DNA from: Octopus sinensis
Taxonomy: Eukaryota
Direction of reading: 5' to 3'
NCBI RefSeq assembly: GCF_006345805.1
Contig: NC_042998.1
Coordinates: 141,918,001-141,982,000 of the forward strand
DNA length: 64,000 nt
The position numbers and the translations under genes are program-made. The notes under the pieces are model-generated. The model saw nothing but the letters and a program-made list of their open reading frames with translations. It was not told the DNA's origin and ran no database searches. Of the stretch, positions 1-10,584 are shown one piece after another. How positions within the stretch are numbered: the first letter of the stretch is position 1; each line of letters begins with the position of its first letter.

Positions 1-1473
1 ACGCAGGCCTTCGTATATATATGTCGATTCTGAGAGGGCCCACGTCATGAAAAAATTCGGACTTCATCCGTCCGTAATCCCTCCGGCCTATTCTGTACAG
101 TATGAAATCATTAAAAAAAAATTTCTTTTCTACTTTGGCCATAGCTGCCAACACATTAATGAGTCTATTATTTGAGGCCTTAATGGCCATAAATGAGTTC
201 AATGTTTCTTTTTTTTCTTTTGGTTCACTTTCGGAGGGGTGGTTTCACTTTTTCTTTATTTTCTAGTGATTTTTGACCACCCCTCCTCATTTTTCGTTTC
301 CTCGCTTTTTGTTTCTTCTGTTACCTCTGCCGCTGATTCTGTTGTATCTGTCACCTCCTCACCTTCAGTTGTCCCTTCTGGGCTGTCTGGCGTTGTTTCT
401 GGTGACACTTCTTCCATTTTTTTTCTGGCTGAGCTGCTTCCTGCGGTTTGGGTTGGCACTCTGCCCTCACATGCCCTTTCTTACCGCAGCCGAAGCACCT
501 CGGCTTTCTGCCCTCCACGAAGACCACGACTCTTTCCTCCTCACTGATTTTCAGTGTCTCTGGTATTTCTTCGAGGGTTTGTACCTCTGCCTCGATGGCC
601 ATTGAGATACGCTGCCCTTTCCAGCTTTCCTCCTCTTCTACTGTAGCCTGGAGGATGTTTATTTTGTCCTCCAGGCCTGCCAAAATTGCTGCCACCAGAC
701 ATGTGGCGTCCGCTTCTGGGGGAATATTGTTGATTGTTATTCTTGAGATTCTTTTGCCTCTATACAGGGAGAGGAGAACAATATTCTCTGCTTTCATAGG
801 TTCCGTAGATAGCTTTTTGGCTATTTCTTCCGTTGCAAATCTCACTTCCACTGTACCGTATTTTTTCCCGCGATTAATGTAAGTAATCTTATTCCATATC
901 GGCTTTAGGCAATTTTCGATCTTTTTTCCTCTATTCTTTGAATAGACTTGCTTGTAATATTGAACGTTTTGTATATGATTCTTTTCTTTTCAATTTCTTC
1001 TTGTTTTTGGACATTCGTAAACACCATTACTTCTGTGCCCTCCTTTTTAAAACAGTCTGCGTATTTTTCCAGGTTCTCTGTATTTATTTTTTTAACTTTC
1101 TTCCCGGCCACTTCGGAAAACTTCCTAGATGGCGCTGGGGTTTCTTCTTTTCTCGGCGACACCGCCGGTGAACTCTCGTCACTTGTCACTGGTGAACTGG
1201 AGATATCGGAGTCCATCTCCGAAGACTGGCTTAACAAGCCTTTCAATACAACAAAATTGTTTCGGCTTCGCAAGCCTCAAATGTATGTGCAAATAAACAG
1301 TAATAAACGAGGGCTTCGTGTTAGAGTCCTCCCCTCCGTGGGGGGGGGATTCTAACACGAAGCCCTCGCGCGAAGGCTGATAATAATTATTGCACAAAAA
1401 CAGACAATATAGACAAAATCAACAGTACTTCAATATAACAGTGGAATATAACAGTGGAAATAGAACAACTTAC
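1..1473 (-). mobile_element. ORF1-only-like retroelement copy 1 (gag/ORF1-like RRM plus CCHC zinc knuckle), frameshifted, 3' end runs off the window start
   Basis: ORF pieces 905-1273, 351-851 and 256-459 join by frameshifts. Contains RGKKYGTVEVRFATEEIAKKLS (RRM-like), VFVEGRKPRCFGCGKKGHVRAEC (CX2CX4HX4C) and an acidic/Lys tail. Homologous to copy 2. No APE/RT start is seen down to base 1. The 5' boundary is approximate. Confidence 0.7.
1308..1368. other. 61-nt near-perfect hairpin upstream of the copy-1 ORF
   Basis: CGAGGGCTTCGTGTTAGA (1308-1325) is the exact reverse complement of TCTAACACGAAGCCCTCG (1351-1368). The stem extends inward with G-C and G.T pairs. Confidence 0.9.
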
Positions 1474-1483
1474 AATATATAAC

Positions 1484-1496
1484 AGACTGGAATTGT
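1484..1496 (+). repeat. Target-site duplication, left copy (AGACTGGAATTGT)
   Basis: Identical 13-mer at 3311-3323; together they bracket element copy 2. Confidence 0.85.
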
Positions 1497-3310
1497 TTTA
1501 TTCCTACCCACAAGGGGCAACATAGAGGGGACAATACACTCGGGAAAAAATAAAATAATGAGTTATGGAATTTGTACAATGTTGTGTAATGTCCACTCGA
1601 TCCCCGAAATCGAGTGGTTACATTTCGTCATTTTTTTCTCAAAGATACATTTCACAATAAAATTCAAAATCATTTTACATATATTTCAAAAAAATTTTCA
1701 GAGTGTATTATCACTTCAACATTTTGCAGAATTTAAAATTCTTTTCACCAATAAAGTTTTCAAAAAAACATTTTCTTTTTTAAATAAATTCCATTACCTC
1801 GACCAATTCTTCATAGTTCTCCATTGTTCTTGGCCACCTTACAAGTCGGCATTTCATGTTTTAACACGTTCTTACCGGCTGGCTCGATGAATGCATCGGC
1901 GCCGTCCTCGTGGACTAGTGCACCCGTTTCTTTCCATTCGGTGCCCGTCCTGACCCATGTATATCCATCTGTTTCGTTTATCACATTTTCCATCTCCTCA
2001 CAATGCCTGTGATAGACCAACGTTCCATAGAATTTGTATCGCCTGTTCTCTCTAGTCTTCCTCTTAGGACTTATTTCCTCTTTGCTCTCCTCTCTCGGTT
2101 TCTCTCTTTCTCTCTTTTTGTTTTCTCTTCTTTCTTTTTCCTTCTCTTGTCTTTTTGGCTCTTTGTCTGTCGTTTCTCTACCCTGTGCCTTATGTTCCTT
2201 TCCTGTTGTTTCTTTTTCTTTTCATGTGCCATCTTTTCCTTTCTCTTGCTTCTGTTCCTTCTCTTGTTTATTCCCTGTTTTTTCTCTTTCCTTTAGTGTA
2301 CTTTCCTTTTCTTTCTCTTGATTCTGTTTTGGTTCTTTCTCTATTACTTCTTTGCCCTATGAATTTTGTTCCTTTTCTATTAATTTCTTCCCTTTGATTT
2401 CATTTTCCTTCAGTGTGTTGTTACTTCCTTTCTCTTTTTGTTTCACCGTTATTTCCTTTTCCTTGCTTTCGCTGTTCTTTCCTTCGTGTTCTTTTTCATT
2501 CTCTTTTTTGTTTTCTTCCGTTGTCTCTCCACTTTGTGTCTTTTTTCGTTCCATTTCCTTCTCCGCTGTGAATTCATATAGCGGACATTCCTTTCTTGTG
2601 TGTCCTCTTGACCCACACAAGTAGCAGTTCGGCTTTCTCCCCTCCACTATTCCGGCCATTGTTCTCTCATTTTCTAGTTCAATTTGGAAGGGAAACCTTT
2701 CTATGTCTTCTATTGTGGCCATCAGCCACATCTCCACTCCGAATCCCTTCCAGTTCACAACATTGGTCTCCTTGATCGACCCCTCTTTTTCCTTTATATG
2801 TAGGCCACATGATGAAGTTTTCAGCTTTTAGTACCGTGGAAGCTAACGAGGCCGCAACTTCTTTTGTTGCGCATCTCACCACCACCGTACCATATTTCTT
2901 TCCTCTGTTCACGTACGTTGCCTTTTTCATAATGTCCCCCAGACATTTCTCAATTTCTTCTATCGTTACTCTCACCAATTTTTTTGTAATCCTGTCTTGC
3001 GTCCTGTACGTTATAGTCTTATTATTTTTGTTTTCTATCGTTTCAGCAGGTGGGACCAGCTTTACGCTGTCACCCTCCCTTTCGATGAATTTTTCATAAT
3101 CCAATAATTGTTCTTTTCTAAAAAACACTTCTCTTACTATAAGAGGTTCATCACCTTTCGTTGCGGCGACCCCCGCGTAAGTCTCCATGACTTGAGGGTC
3201 GACGCACCTTCTATAATAAGGTTCCAACACGTGGCGGCAAGCGCCTCACGCGATTCAACTTTTTTTCCAATTTAACAGTTCACACAAAAATTAACTAACC
3301 AACTCAATGA
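1497..3310 (-). mobile_element. Full-length 1.8-kb ORF1-only non-LTR retroelement copy 2 (HAL1-like, L1/Tx1-type ORF1)
   Basis: 13-bp TSD. Minus-strand start is TCATT (initiator-like). One frameshifted ORF1-like frame, no ORF2. 3' UTR hairpin at 1593-1617 and 3' end CCTTGTGGGTAGGAATAAAA. Confidence 0.75.
1811..3188 (-). pseudogene. ORF1/gag-like nucleic-acid-binding protein (RRM-like, CCHC knuckle, Lys/Glu-rich linker, C-terminal extension), frameshifted
   Basis: ATG at 3188 (METYAGVAATK). RGKKYGTVVVRCATKEVAASL in 2679-3230; GIVEGRKPNCYLCGSRGHTRKEC in 2357-2758; purine-rich K/E linker ~2020-2357; 1811-2020 piece (GYTWVRTGTEWKETG). Confidence 0.7.
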
Positions 3311-3323
3311 AGACTGGAATTGT
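3311..3323 (+). repeat. Target-site duplication, right copy
   Basis: Identical to 1484-1496. Confidence 0.85.
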
Positions 3324-3793
3324 AGGACTATTCCATTTCTGCACGCTAATTTTATTTTTGATTTATTCCCATTCAAGTGAAACCACTTATTCAAGTTCAA
3401 ATCATTGATGCAATTTTATACCAATTGCTATTTTTACTTTTGTATGTTACGATTATATTATACTTTAGTTTGATTTTAATTATTACTTACTACATATAAT
3501 TCAATTGTTATTATTATTTTTATTGTTAAAGTGAAAGCATCTGACATAAAATAGAGAAATATTTTTGTTTCACTTTTAACACGTAATACTGAAATAGTGG
3601 AGAAGATATGATATTGCTATGGGCTCGCTCTAGGCAAGAAGTTGAACATTTTTTTTGCCCATGAAACTACATGGACCCTAAGTAAGGCATGTGTAAAGTT
3701 TGAATGAAATTGGTTGTGTAGTTCTCAAGTTTTAGGGAAACACACAGACAGACAGACAGACAGACACACATTCTCAGTTTTATATATATAAAG
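3324..3793 (-). mobile_element. Non-autonomous Helitron, 5' half
   Basis: Near-identical to ~42863-43475. Minus-strand 5' end TCTTTATATATAAAACTGAGAATGTGTGTCTGTCTG (5'-TC start followed by a (CTGT)n microsatellite). Confidence 0.7.
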
Positions 3794-3888
3794 ATATATA
3801 TACTATTCATATATATATATATATATATATATGAATAACGAGCTTCCACAATTTCTGCGTACCAAATTCCCTCAATGTTAGTGAGGGT

Positions 3889-3920
<32 letters not shown>

Positions 3921-4065
3921 TGTTGTTATGTATGTATGTATTTATGTAATTATGCATGTATGCATGTATCTATGCATGTATGTAATTATTCAGTTTTAAT
4001 TCAAGATTTCTTGCCAATAGAGAAAAAGCCGGGTTCTTTCACTGGAATTTCTACAACATCAACAG

Positions 4066-4285
4066 GGGCGGCGAGCTGGCAGAATCGTTAACACGTTGGG
4101 CAAAATGTTTAGCGACATTTCGTGCGTCTGTACGATCTGAATTCAAATTCCGCCAAGATTGACTTTGCCTTTCATCCTTTCGGGGACGATAAATTAAGTA
4201 CCAGTGAAACATTAGGGTCGATGTAATCGACTAGTCCCCTCCCCCGAAATTTCAGGGCTTTTGCCTATAATAGAAAGAATTATTC
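4066..4285 (+). mobile_element. tRNA-derived SINE, family B (GGCGGCGAGCTGGCAGAATCGTTA head)
   Basis: Same head and body recur at 45638, 58234 and 61735, and reversed at ~40540-40995 and 61538. Confidence 0.8.
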
Positions 4286-4340
4286 AGTTTTATTTCAAGA
4301 TTTCTAAATGTATTTTGTATGTATGTATGTATATATGCAC

Positions 4341-4732
4341 TTTTACTCTTTTACTTGTTTCAGTCATTTGACTGCGGCCATGCTGGAGCACCGCACTTAG
4401 TCGAGCAAATCGACCCCGGGACTTATTCTTTGTAAGCCTAGTACTTATTCTATCGGTCTCTTTTGCCGAACTGCTAAGTTACGGGGACGTAAACACACCA
4501 GCATCGGTTGTCAAGCGATGTTGGGGGGACAGGTACACAAACATACACACACACACACATACATATATACGACGGGCTTCTTTCAGTTTCCGTCTACCAA
4601 AACCACTCACAAGGCTTTGGTCGGCCCGAGGCTATAGTAGAAGACACTTGCCGAAGGTGCCACGCAGTGGGACTGAACTCAGAACCATGTGGTTGGTAAG
4701 CAAGCTACTTACCACAGCCATTCCTGCGCCTA
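4341..4732 (-). mobile_element. tRNA-derived SINE, family A (TAGGCGCAGGAGTGGCTGTGTGGTAAG head)
   Basis: A-box/B-box-like head, internal (TA)/(TG) tract and CCAGCATGGCCGCAGTCAAATGACTGAAACAAGTAAAAG tail; many copies in the window. Confidence 0.85.
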
Positions 4733-5193
4733 TGTATATATAAATGTGTGTGTGTGTGTGTATACATATATGCACATACATACATATGTATATGTACGTA
4801 AATGTATGTACATATGTGAGTATACGCCCCACACACGCACGCACATAAATCCAAAAGGTGCAACGGAAGGTGCGAATTGTTGAGTAAAACTTTAGATTAG
4901 CAAGTTTGTGAACTCCGTGTAATGTAAGATCGCTGTAAGCGCAATCGATATTTATACTTTATATGTTGTATACGTGTTGCAGAAAACTGGCAAATCATCA
5001 TGACGTGAGTTTAAATACCCAGCTACGTGACATCTGCAACCGGCACTCCCTTTGCCAATAAATGGTGATATAGAACGCCTACTGCATTTTTGGCATAACT
5101 GGACTTGAAATTGAGGATGTTCACTATATGTGTAGTACTTATTCATACTTCTTTTTGTAAGCAAGCATGAACAAAGAGTATTCTATCCATTAT

Positions 5194-5432
5194 GTGGAGG
5201 CGTGGGGCTCAGTGGTTAGGGGTTTTGCACTCATGATCGTAAGATTGTGATTTCGATTCCAGGACCGGGCGACGCTTTGTGTTCTTGAGTAAAACACTTT
5301 ATTTCACCTTGCTCCAGTCCACTCAGCTGGGAAAAATGAGTAATCCTGCAACGGACCGGTGACCCGTCAAGGTAGGTAATATATACGCCATAGAAGCCGG
5401 AAATCGGCCATATAAATCTATAATGACTCGGG
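5194..5432 (+). mobile_element. tRNA-derived SINE, family C (GTGGAGGCG..GGCTCAGTGGTTAGGG head)
   Basis: tRNA-like head with GTTCGA-like B box; recurs at 25707 and 60177, and reversed at 8408-8745 and 42095-42330. Confidence 0.8.
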
Positions 5433-5464
5433 AATGAACTTTAGAAACTTTAGATTCTATGCAT

Positions 5465-5469
<5 letters not shown>

Positions 5470-5498
<29 letters not shown>

Positions 5499-5560
5499 TG
5501 TATGTATGTATGTATGTATGTATGTATGTATGTATGTATGTATGTATGTATGTATGTATG

Positions 5561-5592
<32 letters not shown>

Positions 5593-5614
5593 TGTATGTA
5601 TGTATGTATGTATG

Positions 5615-5680
<66 letters not shown>
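5470..5680. repeat. (TATG)n followed by (TA)n microsatellite
   Basis: Directly visible; source of the spurious MYVC/IY ORFs. Confidence 0.95.
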
Positions 5681-5683
<3 letters not shown>

Positions 5684-6129
5684 GATCGATTGATTGATTG
5701 ATGATGGTGAATTTAGTAGCTGTACATATCGATGCTTAGTGGCTCTGTACAGTCGTAGAAATTCTGGCAATAACGGTGGATCGTCAAATGGAGGTGGCGA
5801 AGATGGTTATGTATCTGTTTCGCGCAAAAGTCATCAGATTAGTTCGATGCATCGGCAACCGAATCTCATTCTGGGGATGTTTCTCTTGACTCTTGACCAT
5901 CCGAGTCACATACATTAGTGAACAACAGTAGCCTTTCGAGATTGTGCAACAAATTTATTTAGTTTTGTTTCAATTATTACTGATCAACATCGATCGTCGA
6001 ATATATCATTTTCTGGGAAATATTTTTCTGTGTTTTCTACTTTATTGTGAACTGGAGGAAATAATGATCGTTTCCTGCAAAGACCCTAGACCTAAAATTT
6101 TGGAAGAAGAGTTAGTCTGTACCGCAGAC

Positions 6130-6214
6130 TCAAGTATTTGATTGTTACCAAACGGATCAAGTATTTGATTGTTACCAAACGGATCAAGTATTTGATTGTT
6201 ACCAAACGGATCAA
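6130..6214 (+). repeat. 27-bp tandem repeat x3 (TCAAGTATTTGATTGTTACCAAACGGA)
   Basis: Three identical adjacent copies, no spacers. Confidence 0.9.
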
Positions 6215-6289
6215 AGACAAATTTGACCTCGGTTATATTTGAACTCAGAACATAAAGAACTAAAAGAAATACTGTAAAGCATTTTGTTC

Positions 6290-7370
6290 GTCATTCTAAC
6301 GTTTCTGCTATTATACATGAGTAACGTAATCGTTCATGACTGTCAGCCGTGCAGTACTCCTGCTGGTGATAGTCTGTCCAAATGGTGGACATAATGCAGA
6401 ATGATATGAGAATTAAAAAAAAGTTTGATCGTTCTTTCACTGATGAATCATTTTCATTAAGCTTTTCGAATTCCATGCTGGAAAGTTTTTAAGAACTCAC
6501 TTTACTTCAGCATTTGACGCCGGATGATATTAAAATTTAAAAAAATTCATATGACGTAAATTGAGTTACATTTTGGGATATAATTGTTTCGGAGGGGCCT
6601 TGAATGGCGAAACTTTTAAGTAGTATTGGTCATATTTTATTACTAGTTGCTGATGTCGATGCTACAATGCAACATATGGAATACTCAAGAATGTATCACG
6701 GACAATAAGCTACATTTTATCGCAAAATGGTCCATCGTAGTTGAAATATGTTCATTGTCAGATGTTTTTTGGCCAATCGTGATATTCTTTATCAAGTGTA
6801 TCAGCAATTGATTGAGTTACTGGACATGATTTTATTATCGTATCTATACTAGATTGCATTTTCGACCAGTAACAGCAGTATCTTCGCCTCATTTGTTTCA
6901 TTCGGGCCATGCCACAATGACATTTATGCAGTCGAGTCAAAAATCTATATGTAATATTTTCGGAATAATTACTCTAGGAAAATTAGACTGTAAAAAAATT
7001 AATAAATTCCCGTGATAATTAATTACATCACGTTTTATCCAATGTTCTCATAAACATTCGTGCTCAACATTCATTTATTTCCGGTCAATCATTATCGACA
7101 ACTTGTAGAATTCGAATACTATCGATATCAGACTTCATGGCTGATTCCTTTTCTTTAGTGGAAACCGACATTCCACGGAGACTTCATTTATCAATAATTT
7201 GATGTATTTCGAATCCAGAAAACAGGATTTCTATGATTTTCACCAAAATCCTAATCATTCGATCGTCAGACTTGATAATGCATCAACATTTTCGCGTTCT
7301 TCCAGGCTTCATATCATGCAGTATACTTGAACAGCACTAGCAACATCGCATAATATTACACTCGTAGAGA
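6290..7370 (-). pseudogene. Decayed Gypsy/Ty3 pol, integrase region
   Basis: LHKCHCGMARMKQMRRRYCCYWSKM..I..IIKSC (integrase Zn-binding HHCC pattern), then a degenerate WPK..NYDGPF..LIVRD (HIDFAGP-like) core; upstream DALSSL (ADALSRL-like). Many stops and frameshifts. Confidence 0.7.
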
Positions 7371-7393
7371 ATTAAATGTTTCTTTTATGAAAA

Positions 7394-7600
7394 TACTCTT
7401 TTACTCTCTTTTCTATTTTACTCGTTTCAGCGGCCATGCTGGAGCACCGTCTTTAGTCGAGCAAATCGACCCCTCGACTTATTCTTTGTAAGCCTAGTAC
7501 TTATTCTATCGGTCTCTTTTGCCGAACAGCTAAGTGACGGGGACATAAACTCACCAGCATCGGTTGTCAAGCAATGCCAGGGAGACAAACACAGACACAC

Positions 7601-7685
<85 letters not shown>

Positions 7686-7852
7686 TACTAAGGGCTTCTT
7701 TCAGTTTCCGTCTACCAAATCCACTCACAAGGCTTTGGCCGGCCCGAGGCTATTGAAGAAGACACTCGCCCAAGTTGCCACGCAGTGGAACTGAACCCGG
7801 AACCATGTGGTTGGTAAGCAAGCTACATACCACACAGCCACTCCTGCGCCTA
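7394..7852 (-). mobile_element. SINE family A inserted in the Gypsy remnant
   Basis: Matches 4341-4732. Confidence 0.85.
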
Positions 7853-8407
7853 TGATGTGTAGATTTATTTTTCATTCATTCTTGAATACTAGAAAGGGAA
7901 GGGATTTGTTGTGGTATTTCGATCTTGGAGAAAAGACGAGCTGCAAGTGCCATCAGCAAATTACTATGTATGTAAGTATGTATGTATGTATGTATGTATG
8001 TATGTATGTATGTATGTATGTATGTAGACATGCATATATGTATGTGTATATATATATATGAGAGTATTGTAGTTCGCTTAAAGTATTGTGTATTGTTTGT
8101 AAAGAATAAAATAGTTTGAATGACACAACAATGTACTATAAGAGAAACAATGGACTATAAGAACTGTTGTAATTTAATCATCCATAGTCTGATATGATAT
8201 TTCGGAATAAAAATTCCTTCTTCTGATATCCCTAGGAATTGATGGAATCGCTGCTAAATCGGTTTTCCAACGGCTTTTCTTTGTTTTTTTCGGAGACGCT
8301 TCCGAAAAAGTATGGATGATTAAATTACAACAGTTATTATAGTGCATTGTTTGTATTATGGTGCATTGTTGTGTCATTCAAAATATTTTATTCTTTATAT
8401 ATATATA

Positions 8408-8745
8408 TCGGAGACCCCCTTCGGTCACGAATGACCATGGGATTGAACCTAGAAAGTTACCCTCCCAGGCACAATCCGGGCAAGGTTGTTTATGGAAGAC
8501 CACCAGTCGTCCCTGCATATCGGCCTTCCCTCTCCACGCCACCAGTGTAATCCAAGGGAAAAACAAAGGCCGATACACCTTGGCACCTGTGACGTCACAA
8601 CTCATTTCTATAACTGAGTGAACTGGAGCAACGTGAAATAAAGTGCCTTGCTCAAGAACACAACACGCAACCCGGTTCAGGATTCGAACTCACAACCTCA
8701 CGGTCTTAAGCTCGACGCTGTAACCACTGAGCCATGCGCCTTCAC
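8408..8745 (-). mobile_element. SINE family C-related, long variant
   Basis: Reverse strand begins GTGAAGGCGCATGGCTCAGTGGTTA..GTTCGAATCC and shares the TGTTCTTGAGCAAGGCACTTTATTTCACGTTGCTCCAG core. Confidence 0.75.
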
Positions 8746-9109
8746 ATATATCTATATATGTGTGTGTGATGTTTCGGGGTAATATTGTCTCTTCACTGAC
8801 AGATACCATCTCGGTCATTGGAGCTAAGCCGAAACTATTGTTACTATATATAAGAAGCAGAAAAGAATGCAGAGGCAGGGGATGAAACTAAAGTTGTATA
8901 CATTTATTTGTAATGCCCCCCAGTATGCGAAAAGTATTCACTACAGAATTTTTTCTGGAGAAAAAGTTTTCTCTATATATTTTGTATATAAAATAGCATC
9001 GAGTAGAGCTCCAAGTGACGTCAGTAGACTACCAGTCAGGGTCTTTCGATACGATTTTACCTCTTTAGCGGTACGGTACCTATTACTGGAGTTAAGCCAG
9101 AGAGAATAT

Positions 9110-10110
9110 GTGTTTTAACTGCTTGTGATTAGAGATTAATTCAAAAAGTGGTCTGCGTAAGAATTAAAGTTATGAAGACCGAATATAACAGATGATCCCT
9201 CTTCATTTGCCAATATCGCTGTTGATGTATATTCAGTGTTTTAGATGTATGAACCCGTGGATGTCTAGCTCCATTTTTACGTTGTGACAGAACCGCTTCG
9301 ACAATCTATGACAACGCATCAACTCATAAAATAAATGGCATATTTTCATTGTAATGTTTGAGCCATGTGACCTCAGTCATTTCTTCCAGTTTATCCGACA
9401 TTATCTTTCAAAAAATTATTGAGTTTTCTATGTTATTTATGAACATCCCACAAAACCCGGCACCTGAAACAAATGCTTATACTTCATTACCATATTTTCA
9501 ATTTGGTGTTTTCTTAATAGAATCGATATGTTTTCCAGATAATCTACTGCCAAATGTGCTAGTTATATAACCAAAATATCACATTTTAACTCATACACTT
9601 TTAAAGTTTAAATATTATTTCTTTCTGAACCCTTGAAACGTCATTCTTTTGTAGTCCTGGGGGATGATGTCGTCTAGAGATGCCGATAACGTTTGATAGA
9701 CAAGATGTTGAACCACACAGCAGACACATTGAAAGTACCGGATGGTACTTATTTGTTCTTGAAAAAAATGAAAACGTTTTTCTCACAATAAATTTGTATG
9801 ATTCTTCTGTTAACTTAATCTGCAAAATGTGAGTCTTTTCAATCGATGACAATGGAGTTTTCTGTTTCAATATCCACCGTCTTATGGAATAGTCTATTAA
9901 ATCCGTGGATTAGTTCATATCTAAGCATTAGTTCAGCAATTATTTTAGATGAAGAAAATCTATGCCTCAGTCTTCAGGACCGAACACTTGGTTTATTAGG
10001 TCTTAAGGCACACGAACACTCCACAATCATCGATACAACTTCTGCTTATTATAGTCGACAACTTTGTATATTTGAAATCCTATCAAGATGCTCGAGATAA
10101 ATTTCTCATT
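9110..10110 (-). pseudogene. Decayed Gypsy/Ty3 pol, RT-RNase H region
   Basis: KTPLSSIE (YPLP-like), LQIKLTEES (YLQIxLxEES-like), SLDDII (YxDD), then HYNENMPFIL*VDALS..EAVLSQ..HTSKTL (RNase H). Same strand and domain order as the integrase piece at 6290-7370. Confidence 0.7.
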
Positions 10111-10584
10111 TATTACGACAATATATTGGAGTATGTTTGAGCTAAGATTAAATATATTGGAGTATATTTGAGTTAGGTTTAAATATATTAGAGCATATTA
10201 GGCAGCAGGTTAATAATGGAGTTCAGGGATATAGAAAGTATATTTCATATTTGTCTTCTCTGGATTTGCTGCAGTTTATACAGGCGAATTAGCTTTATTT
10301 GACGATCTACCGCCATTTCAATAAATTTTGACGAAGTAGGTTACATTTTAGTCTAGGTTGAGGTAATATTATGATGAGAAAATCGACGAGATTATTCGAA
10401 AGAGAAATATCTGAAAGGCAAAGCTGACTTCAGCGGGATTTGAATTCAGTTCATAAAGAGCAAAGAACGAATTTTGCAAGGCATTTTTTCCAGATGAACT
10501 AACAACTCCGGTCTGGTAATAACGATAGAAATTATAAATATCGACGGGATGAAAATTTCGAGGAATAATAAAATAATAATTAGA

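Noticed and set aside
2003-2624. Plus-strand Phe/Leu/Ser-rich ORFs resembling multi-pass membrane proteins
   Set aside because: They are the antisense shadow of the purine-rich Lys/Glu linker of the minus-strand ORF1-like gene.
5194-5270. tRNA-like sequences at SINE heads (also 8670-8745, 25707-25780 and others)
   Set aside because: No complete cloverleaf; each continues into a shared SINE body.
5434-5770. MYVC/HTYI/IY repeat ORFs here and at many other loci
   Set aside because: (TATG)n, (TA)n and (CA)n microsatellite artefacts.
6130-6214. 27-bp repeats as a possible CRISPR array
   Set aside because: The copies are directly adjacent with no spacers, there are no cas genes, and the context is eukaryotic. 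A local tandem duplication.
9601-9870. Initially considered a Tc1/mariner transposase fragment
   Set aside because: The surrounding frames give LDDII and RNase H motifs collinear with the downstream integrase, so it was assigned to Gypsy pol.
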